Assembly (NCBI GenBank): GCA_964388035.1
Contig: CAYLZE010000027.1
Coordinates: 1 to 14,313, forward strand
Origin: an uncultured archaeon
GTDB lineage: Archaea > Asgardarchaeota > Lokiarchaeia > Sigyniarchaeales > SOKP01
DNA: 14,313 bases
Reading direction: 5' to 3'
The notes below the pieces were generated by a model. It had not been told where the DNA came from, did no database searches, and worked only from the letters and a program-made list of their open reading frames with translations. A program made the translations under genes and the position numbers. Of the stretch, positions 7,762 through 14,313 are shown in pieces. Within the stretch, counting starts at the first letter, position 1; each line of letters starts with the position of its first letter.

Positions 7762-7834
7762 TTTAATTTCCTCAATATTTATGTGAAACTATCTTAACTT
7801 TCGATTTGCAATCTCAAATTGAATACATCTATAC

Positions 7835-7842
7835 TATATAAA
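7835..7842 (-). promoter_or_regulatory. Candidate TATA box for the HAD-nitrilase operon
   Basis: TTTATATA on the minus strand upstream of the HAD start. Confidence 0.35.
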
Positions 7843-7974
7843 AAAATATAAAGTGAAATCATTATTTATTTGCATAATGTAACTTAATTAAAAATATAAT
7901 TTTTTGTATTATTAATCCAAATCAACAACACCATATCTTTTTATACTTGAGGATAAAAATAGGGAGATTCTATT

Positions 7975-9147
7975 TTGAAAACTATTGTTGCATTGTCATA
8001 TTTTCATAAAAAAATAGGCCCATTAAACGCTTTTTCTTATCCGGAATCTCTATTAGATGAACAATTATCCGTGAGAATTGCTAATATAATGGATCAAATC
8101 ATGGAAGAGGGATTTTTTACTCATTCTTTCGAAAATTTTCATTCCATGAATTATTATTTTGAAATTCATTCTGATTGGGCACGTGGAAATCGAGAAATGT
8201 TAATGCTCTCAATCATTTTTGATCATAAAACCACCCCGGAAGTGGAATCGAAGGTATTAAATTTATGCAATGAGTTTTCTAAAATGATTCAAGCTAATGA
8301 AGAAATATTTACTGCTTTTCATATTAACGAATTAGATTATTATGATGAGGAGGATAAAAATTTAATTATAAAGAATCATCTTTTAATGAAAGATCTAATT
8401 AGGGATTTATATCGGTCGACTATCGAAGAGACAAGAGAAAAAAGTGAAGAAGAAATTATCGCTTCTCTATTAAATAAAAAACACATATTTCTAACATTGA
8501 AAAAACTATCAAAAGGACCTACAACTCTTGAGGATTTAGAAGAATGGTTCATGGAACGCTTTCCAGAAAAGGATTTCCAAGAACTTATTAATAAATTGGT
8601 TAATAAACAGTTTATCTTCATCAATCAAATTGGTAGAATTGAAAAATACGTGCTATTATTAAAAGAGGTAAATGCCGAAAGAATACCCCCCTTCAGCGTT
8701 ATAGAGTATATAGATGAAACTCCTGAATTAATCGATTTAATTCTTCCAGAAGTGAAAGAGTATTTTAGTGATTATGAAGCGAAAACTAAAGAAGAAATTA
8801 TAGAAGATGCTTTCGTATTGTTTCAGATAATGGCAGATCCCAAAAAATATAATGTATTGTCAGAATTACGGGATAGGTTAATTCCAAGTAAAAAATTACC
8901 CGAGCTTGTATCTAAAAAAACGTTAGTATCGCTAAATGAAATATTAGACTTTTTAAAAGCTAAAGATGTGATAGATGAATTGCAGCATGAAGGGGAACAA
9001 TATGTATTTCTCAAAACGAACATTCAAATTTCTACGAGTTTTCCTCAATACTTACGAAAACTCTTACCTAAGGAAACAAAACCCGTAATAGCCGATAAAT
9101 ACAAACCAATGAATGATAATATTAATGCGAATAATAATATGGAGTAA
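7975..9147 (+). CDS. Longin/uDENN (folliculin/SMCR8/NPRL2-like) domain protein with two C-terminal winged-helix-like repeats
   Basis: N-terminus IVALSYFHKKIGP matches the F-x4-GP first hairpin of uDENN/longin domains. YFEIHSDWARGNREML resembles the ARG loop of FLCN/SMCR8. The C-terminal half has two similar helix-helix-helix-hairpin units. TTG start with AGGGAG SD at 7961-7966. Confidence 0.72.
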   Translation: MKTIVALSYFHKKIGPLNAFSYPESLLDEQLSVRIANIMDQIMEEGFFTHSFENFHSMNYYFEIHSDWARGNREMLMLSIIFDHKTTPEVESKVLNLCNEFSKMIQANEEIFTAFHINELDYYDEEDKNLIIKNHLLMKDLIRDLYRSTIEETREKSEEEIIASLLNKKHIFLTLKKLSKGPTTLEDLEEWFMERFPEKDFQELINKLVNKQFIFINQIGRIEKYVLLLKEVNAERIPPFSVIEYIDETPELIDLILPEVKEYFSDYEAKTKEEIIEDAFVLFQIMADPKKYNVLSELRDRLIPSKKLPELVSKKTLVSLNEILDFLKAKDVIDELQHEGEQYVFLKTNIQISTSFPQYLRKLLPKETKPVIADKYKPMNDNINANNNME

Positions 9148-9233
9148 AATTCCTAAATTAATTTTCTTAAGAAATATAAATGAAATCTGATCTCATAGAT
9201 TTCTAAATTATAAAAAAAACGCTTCTTGTAAGT

Positions 9234-9512
9234 ATGTCTTCCGAAGAAAACAATTCTTTTGAACACTTGAAATATCTTCTGGGAAATATTGGGATAGAAA
9301 TTTTGGTCTCTATCAATAAGGGTGCAAAAACCCCCAAAATTATAAAATTATTTAGCGGAGTGTCATATAATTGCATTTTGGGGCGGTTGCCCGTATTAAT
9401 CGATTTAGATCTCATCACAAAAGAAGATGATGATTATATTCTAACTCTAAAAGGCATTCAATTTCTTTCATTTTTAAAAAAGGAATGGAATCAATTTAAT
9501 CGCGAACACTAA
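9234..9512 (+). CDS. Small winged helix-turn-helix protein (putative regulator)
   Basis: 92 aa with the wHTH pattern EILVSI...RLPVLIDLDLI...YILTLKG, including the typical Y-x-LT-x-KG wing signature. Confidence 0.8.
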   Translation: MSSEENNSFEHLKYLLGNIGIEILVSINKGAKTPKIIKLFSGVSYNCILGRLPVLIDLDLITKEDDDYILTLKGIQFLSFLKKEWNQFNREH

Positions 9513-9605
9513 TAATTAGCACTAAAATTAATAATTGGAATCTTATTGCTCATGATAAAGATCAGAGAAAGAAAAAATCAGTTTTGGGGCATGACTTAAT
9601 CATTA

Positions 9606-10169
9606 CTACGAGCAGTAGTTCTTCTTGTCATTGAGCTCATCATCTTTTTTCTCGCTCTTTTCGTTTTTATTTTCTACTTGAAAATCTTCAATTTTTTGTT
9701 TTCTAGTTAAATAAAATTTTCTTTCATAATAACCGGGCCTTTTAAAACCTCCACTTTCTTCAATTAATCTCTCTAAACCTTCATTTTCATTCAATCTTCT
9801 TACTAATTCATTGTACTCTTCTTGATTTATTTCTTTCCGTTTTAAAAGATAACTTATAATATCAATTGCTTGTTCCTTCGTGGAACATCTTCGGATAAAA
9901 TCAATAGCCCCTGGACAAGTAAGTTCCTTTATCTCCGAATCGTTTAATTGTTGAGAACAAGTTATATTTGCATTTAATATTTCATTAATTTCATTAAGAT
10001 TAATAGATTTACCCTTAGCATTTAAATTTTTATCGTTACAAAGTTCGCTCATCAAATTAGGAAAATGGGTGGTAAATTCCTTTTTATCGTAATGTATCTT
10101 TAACCCATTCTCATCATCGATAATTGGATCATTAAAAGGCTTATCATCCTTTTTCTTTTTTTCACTCAC
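9606..10169 (-). CDS. DUF2095-like conserved archaeal protein
   Basis: Motifs FPNLMSEL, PGAIDFIRRC-T-EQA--II-YL-KR-EI and GFKRPGYY are as recalled for DUF2095. GTG start. Confidence 0.75.
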   Translation of the reverse strand: MSEKKKKDDKPFNDPIIDDENGLKIHYDKKEFTTHFPNLMSELCNDKNLNAKGKSINLNEINEILNANITCSQQLNDSEIKELTCPGAIDFIRRCSTKEQAIDIISYLLKRKEINQEEYNELVRRLNENEGLERLIEESGGFKRPGYYERKFYLTRKQKIEDFQVENKNEKSEKKDDELNDKKNYCS

Positions 10170-10226
10170 GATTATTTCCCATTTTATGAATAATACATAC
10201 TTTAAGGGGTAAAATTTTTATCCCAT

Positions 10227-10249
10227 TTCTCATTATACTTCTCATTATA
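10227..10249 (+). repeat. 11-bp direct repeat TTCTCATTATA x2 (12-bp period)
   Basis: Exact copies at 10227-10237 and 10239-10249 in the divergent DUF2095/serA intergenic region. Confidence 0.7.
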
Positions 10250-10295
10250 ATAAAAAACCCTCTAGCAAATAAGTTTTTTTCTTAAATTTAGACAC

Positions 10296-11228
10296 ATGGA
10301 ACAAATAAAAATATTAATCGCAGATAAAATTGATGAAGAAGCTATTACAATCCTTCAAAGCAATGGATTTATCGTAGATATGAATTTTCTCATAACTAAG
10401 CAAGAGTTAGAAGAGAAAATCGAAAATTACGATGCAATAATTGTTCGCTCAAGAACCAAATTAACAAGAGATCTCTTGGAAAAAGCAAAACGATTAAAAA
10501 TAATCGGGAGAGCAGGTGTAGGTGTGGATAATATTGATGTCGAGCATGCTGAGAAACTTAATATTAAAGTAGTTAATACTCCCGAAGCTCCTTCGATTTC
10601 TGTTGCTGAACTTACAATAGGTTTATTGATCTCTTTAGTGAGAAATATTTCTATAATAGATAAAAAAATGCATTGCGGGGAATGGTGTAAAAATGATTAC
10701 ATTGGATTTGAGCTAAAAAATAAACGTATTGGATTAATCGGGTTTGGAAACATCGGACAAGCGGTAGCCAAAAGAGCAGAAGCATTCGAAATGAAAATTG
10801 GAATCTATGATGTAGATCCTATTGTAAAACAAAAAGCGATGGAATTAGGATATGAAGTTTTTCCATCTGTTGATGAATTAGTTCAAAAATCGCAAATAAT
10901 TTCCCTGCATGTGCCTTCCACGGTAAAAACTGAAAATACTATAAATGAAAAACGGTTAAGCTTAATGAATAAGGATGCCTTAATTATAAATACCGCTAGA
11001 GGAAATCTTATTGATGAAAATGCATTATTAAAAGCTTTAAAAAATAAAACTATCGCTGGTGCCGCTTTGGATGTTTATAGAAAGGAACCTTTTGAAAACT
11101 TGGACTTATGCAATTGCGAAGAAAACTTGATTCTAACCCCCCATATCGGTAGTCAGACGATAGAGACGCAAAAAAATGCGAGCAGGCAAGTCTGCATGAT
11201 GATAAAAAAATTCTTAGAAAAATCATAG
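10296..11228 (+). CDS. serA: D-3-phosphoglycerate dehydrogenase-like D-2-hydroxyacid dehydrogenase (short form, no ACT domain)
   Basis: IVRSRTK, GRAGVGVDNID, Rossmann GFGNIG, catalytic INTARG, DVY-KEP and TPHIG. At 310 aa it ends after the catalytic core. The family call is firm; the substrate is less so. Confidence 0.8.
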   Translation: MEQIKILIADKIDEEAITILQSNGFIVDMNFLITKQELEEKIENYDAIIVRSRTKLTRDLLEKAKRLKIIGRAGVGVDNIDVEHAEKLNIKVVNTPEAPSISVAELTIGLLISLVRNISIIDKKMHCGEWCKNDYIGFELKNKRIGLIGFGNIGQAVAKRAEAFEMKIGIYDVDPIVKQKAMELGYEVFPSVDELVQKSQIISLHVPSTVKTENTINEKRLSLMNKDALIINTARGNLIDENALLKALKNKTIAGAALDVYRKEPFENLDLCNCEENLILTPHIGSQTIETQKNASRQVCMMIKKFLEKS

Positions 11229-11233
11229 AAATT

Positions 11234-11241
11234 ATTTTTTT
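11234..11241 (+). terminator. Oligo-T terminator after the serA-like gene
   Basis: T tract a few nt after the TAG. Confidence 0.35.
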
Positions 11242-11325
11242 ATTGAAACAATTAACTAAAACAATAAATTTCTAAAATTATGCAATATTCATATTATTAG
11301 AATTTAAAAAGCAAAGCTGATTATA

Positions 11326-11910
11326 TTGAAGTCAGGATATCAATACGTTAAGGACACTTTTGAAGAACACAAAAAGGGGTATGATACACCATATTGGCAT
11401 AGAGGAATTGAATATCGTAAAGGACGTTCCGTTCAACGAGTTGAGAGACCTACCAAAATTCATAGAGCTAGAACTTTAGGATATAAAGCAAAACAAGGAT
11501 TTATTGTAGTCCGTGCTAGAATTAGGAAAGGGGGAATGCACAAGGTAAGACCAAAAATGGGAAGAAAACCCCGTTCTCTGGGTGTAACTAAATATACTAC
11601 GGGCAAAAACTTACAATGGATTGCGGAAGAAAGAGCTAACAGGAAATACCCTAATATGGAAGTGCTAAATAGCTATAAACTATTTGCAGATGGAAAACAT
11701 CACTATTATGAAGTTATATTGGTTGATCCCCATCATCCTGTAATTAAATCCGATCCTAAAATTAATTGGATACTAGATTCATCTCATAAAAAAAGAGTAA
11801 CTCGAGGATTAACTTCGGCTGGAAGGCGATCGCGCGGGTTACATAAGAAAGGTTGGGGTAGTGAGAAAACTAGACCCAGTGTAAGAGCCAATGAAGGAAT
11901 TGGAAAATAA
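11326..11910 (+). CDS. rpl15e: 50S ribosomal protein L15e (eL15)
   Basis: ARTLGYKAKQG, IAEERANRKYPNMEVLNSY, YEVILVDPHHP and RGLTSAG; 194 aa, very basic. Confidence 0.98.
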   Translation: MKSGYQYVKDTFEEHKKGYDTPYWHRGIEYRKGRSVQRVERPTKIHRARTLGYKAKQGFIVVRARIRKGGMHKVRPKMGRKPRSLGVTKYTTGKNLQWIAEERANRKYPNMEVLNSYKLFADGKHHYYEVILVDPHHPVIKSDPKINWILDSSHKKRVTRGLTSAGRRSRGLHKKGWGSEKTRPSVRANEGIGK

Positions 11911-11937
11911 TTTTTGTTTTATTTTTTGGCTTTTTTA
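11911..11937 (+). terminator. T-rich terminator of rpl15e in the convergent gap
   Basis: Consecutive T5/T4/T6/T6-7 tracts directly after the TAA. Confidence 0.55.
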
Positions 11938-11942
11938 TAATC

Positions 11943-12743
11943 CTATAATTTATTAATCGAGATTGTCATGCCCCCGTCTAAAATTATATTTTGTCCCGTA
12001 ATGTAATCTGCCGCGGGTGAAGCTAAGAACGATGCGATATCCGCAACCCATTTGGCTTCTCCGATTCGATCTAACGGAAGTTTTACTCCTCTTGACACCA
12101 AGAATTGACGGATTAATTTGGGATCGTTATTATAAATAGGGGTCAAAAATACTCCGGGAGATATCGCATTTACCGTAATATTGCTAGAACCTAATTCTAA
12201 TGCCCATAACTTGGTAAAAGCTATTACCGCTGCTTTACTAGCACTATAAACTCCAATAAAAGGATTGATTCCATTTTCAGTTCCAGCACAAGATGCAATA
12301 TTTATTATTTTTCCCGCAATTGGTTTAAATTGTTTTTGCCTCTTCATTCTTCTAAATAATGCTTTAGTAACATTCCAAGCACCTTTTACATTAACTGCCA
12401 TCACTTTATCATATACTTCTTCTTTAACTTTAAGAGAAGAATATAATCCCCCATCAATACCGGCATTATTAACTAGTAAAAACACGTTGTCAAACTTTTT
12501 AAACACTTCTTCAATCATTTCATTTACTTCGTTAGAATTTACAATATCTGCTTTAGCTAATAATATTTCACACTCGTGATCCTTTAAAATTAATTCCTTG
12601 GTTTCCTCTAATCCTTTCATGTTTATATCATTCAAGACCAAATTAGCACCCAAGTAGGCAAAACGACGTGCCATTTCTCTCCCAAAACCACTCCCGGCCC
12701 CCGTGACTAATGCTACTTTATTATTTAAAAATTTCTCTTCCAT
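11943..12743 (-). CDS. Classical SDR oxidoreductase (FabG-like, probably NAD-preferring)
   Basis: TGAGSGFG, Asp at the end of beta2 (LNDIN), NNAG, IAS...YSASK, VNAISPG and YITGQ-I-LDGG. Start moved from GTG 12755 to ATG 12743 because AGGTGA (12752-12757) is an SD 8 nt upstream of that ATG. Confidence 0.93.
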   Translation of the reverse strand: MEEKFLNNKVALVTGAGSGFGREMARRFAYLGANLVLNDINMKGLEETKELILKDHECEILLAKADIVNSNEVNEMIEEVFKKFDNVFLLVNNAGIDGGLYSSLKVKEEVYDKVMAVNVKGAWNVTKALFRRMKRQKQFKPIAGKIINIASCAGTENGINPFIGVYSASKAAVIAFTKLWALELGSSNITVNAISPGVFLTPIYNNDPKLIRQFLVSRGVKLPLDRIGEAKWVADIASFLASPAADYITGQNIILDGGMTISINKL

Positions 12744-12846
12744 ACATTCTCTCACCTTTTAGTGTATTTTTTAATAAAGATATTCATTCATTTTATATTA
12801 AAAAAATTGGTTTAGATTTGAAAAATAAAGGTTACTTTTCACTTTT

Positions 12847-14313
12847 TCACCCTAATAAACCTTTTGACTTTTTATAGAGCCCGATCATTTTCATCGCAGG
12901 TGGTGTTTCAAAAGCGATCTTTACATCTAATACAGCGGGTTTTCCTGATGCAAAAGCACGTTGTAAGGCAGATTTTATTTCATTGGGATCCGTTACTTCC
13001 TCGCCATAGCATCCAAACCCTTTTGCAATTTCGGCATAATTCGTATCGGGAAGCTCAGTGTCCTTGTATCTTTTACTATAGTTTAGCTTTTGATTAGATT
13101 TAATCATCCCCCAAGCACTATTGTTTCCTATAATGGTCACAATTGGAAGTTTTAATCTAACCGCGGTCTCTAATTCTTGTACGTTAAATAAAAAACTCCC
13201 ATCTCCCGTGATACATATCACGGGCTTTTCTGGATGAGCCATTTTTGCTCCAATTGCATAGGGAATGCCCACTCCTAAATGCCCCATGGACACCGAATAG
13301 AACGTGCTTCTTGGAGGACGGGGTTTAATATTAATGAAACTCATCATAAAAACAAAGATATCTCCTCCATCAAAAGCTAACAAAGTATCATCAGGGATAT
13401 TTGTTAATACTTCATATGCAAGGCGTTCTGGTTTCATTGGCAATTTATCATACTTTAATAGTTTTTCGATAATTTTGGCATCATTTTGCCTTAATTCCTG
13501 CAAATAATCATTCCATCTGGTCCATTCGCTAACTTTTTCCTTAGGTAATTTCTTTTCCATTGTTTCTAGAAGTTGATTTATGACAGCTTTCGCATCTCCT
13601 ACGATTCCTACTTCAACCGGGCGATTTTTTCCAATCTCTTCTGGATCGATGTCTACCTGAATTATCTTCTGATCTTGATTCCAAAGGGGAGGAGCACCAT
13701 ATATAAGAGAATAATCCCACTTGCATCCAATAGAAAGGACAAGATCTGCTTGACCTGCTGCTGTTCTATATACGTTATCTACTAAATACGAACCCAGAAA
13801 TGTCTTCTTATCCGATGCAATAGATCCTATTCCATTAATCGATGTTCCGGCAGGGATGAGATAATTCTCCGAAAGTTTCTGTAATTCTTGATACGCTTCG
13901 GAAGCAATAACTCCTCCTCCAGCAACGATTATGGGTTGAGAAGATTGTTTTAACAATTCAACTGCTTCTTCAATTGCAGTAGGATTACCGCTTGGCCTGT
14001 AGAGGGGTCTGTATTGTTTCGGCTCTTTAATATTACTAATATCTTCTTCCGATGCTTTTCTTACTAATGCTGTTTCTCTTAACTCCAAAAATACAGGACC
14101 ACGTCTACCAGACATTGCGATTTTGATAGCTTTTTGTACTGCATTTGGAATTTCATAGGGATCTTCTACAGAGATTTGAGCTTTTGTTACCGGTTTCATT
14201 AAGGCAACTTGGTCTAATCCACCTTGAAGGATACCAGTACCTTCAAACATCCTTCCTACTTGAGCTCCAATTACCAACATCGGAATGGAGTCCGCATTTG
14301 CTGCAGCAACAGC
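12847..14313 (-). CDS. Thiamine diphosphate-dependent enzyme (acetolactate synthase / 2-hydroxyacyl-CoA lyase family), 5'-partial
   Basis: ThDP motif GDGSF...NNSAWGM, GRRGPVFLE, IIQVDID and GHLGVGIPYAIGA. The frame stays open to the window edge (AVAAANADSIPM), so the true start lies outside the window. Confidence 0.93.
   Translation of the reverse strand, partial: AVAAANADSIPMLVIGAQVGRMFEGTGILQGGLDQVALMKPVTKAQISVEDPYEIPNAVQKAIKIAMSGRRGPVFLELRETALVRKASEEDISNIKEPKQYRPLYRPSGNPTAIEEAVELLKQSSQPIIVAGGGVIASEAYQELQKLSENYLIPAGTSINGIGSIASDKKTFLGSYLVDNVYRTAAGQADLVLSIGCKWDYSLIYGAPPLWNQDQKIIQVDIDPEEIGKNRPVEVGIVGDAKAVINQLLETMEKKLPKEKVSEWTRWNDYLQELRQNDAKIIEKLLKYDKLPMKPERLAYEVLTNIPDDTLLAFDGGDIFVFMMSFINIKPRPPRSTFYSVSMGHLGVGIPYAIGAKMAHPEKPVICITGDGSFLFNVQELETAVRLKLPIVTIIGNNSAWGMIKSNQKLNYSKRYKDTELPDTNYAEIAKGFGCYGEEVTDPNEIKSALQRAFASGKPAVLDVKIAFETPPAMKMIGLYKKSKGLLG

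Noticed and set aside
9109-9147. AAT-rich run encoding NDNINANNNME
   Set aside because: This is a short low-complexity tail typical of AT-rich genomes, not a structured repeat.
5715-9418. Small overlapping ORFs (5715-5957, 6216-6497, 6415-6606, 7595-7786, 8376-8624, 8823-9023, 9203-9418)
   Set aside because: All overlap better-supported genes on the opposite strand and show no recognisable motifs.
12744-12755. GTG start at 12755 for the SDR
   Set aside because: The GTG is part of the AGGTGA Shine-Dalgarno site; ATG 12743 is correctly spaced from it.
12265-13785. Plus-strand ORFs within the SDR and ThDP genes
   Set aside because: They are antisense shadows with no independent evidence.
1-14313. 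CRISPR array, tRNA/rRNA, IS element, selenocysteine readthrough
   Set aside because: I saw no regularly spaced DNA repeats, no GC-rich structured RNA-like segment, no transposase or terminal inverted repeats, and no in-frame TGA interrupting a conserved domain.

Overview
AT-rich archaeal chromosomal segment, most likely from an Asgard archaeon (Lokiarchaeia/Promethearchaeota-like). This is inferred from rpl15e, a DUF2095 gene, a Cdc6/Orc1-like gene, archaeal TATA/T-tract signals and a longin/folliculin-like eukaryotic-signature protein. Left to right it holds: the probable 3' end of a convergent gene; a 1478-aa SMC; a degenerate Cdc6/Orc1 paralogue; a HAD-nitrilase pair; a FLCN/SMCR8-like longin plus tandem winged-helix protein followed by a small wHTH gene; DUF2095; a short SerA-like dehydrogenase; rpl15e; an SDR; and a 5'-truncated ThDP enzyme. 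Three features stand out. (1) The SMC has an intact condensin-type ATPase head but no canonical hinge or zinc hook. Its apex is a tandemly duplicated helical repeat, its arms are extended by about 97-aa and 90-aa modules, and no kleisin gene is adjacent. (2) The neighbouring Cdc6/Orc1-like protein has lost its ATP-hydrolysis residues. (3) The folliculin-like protein keeps the ARG arginine-finger motif of the eukaryotic FLCN/SMCR8 GAPs. I found no CRISPR array, RNA gene or mobile element. All alignments were done by eye and from memory of the families; no searches were run.
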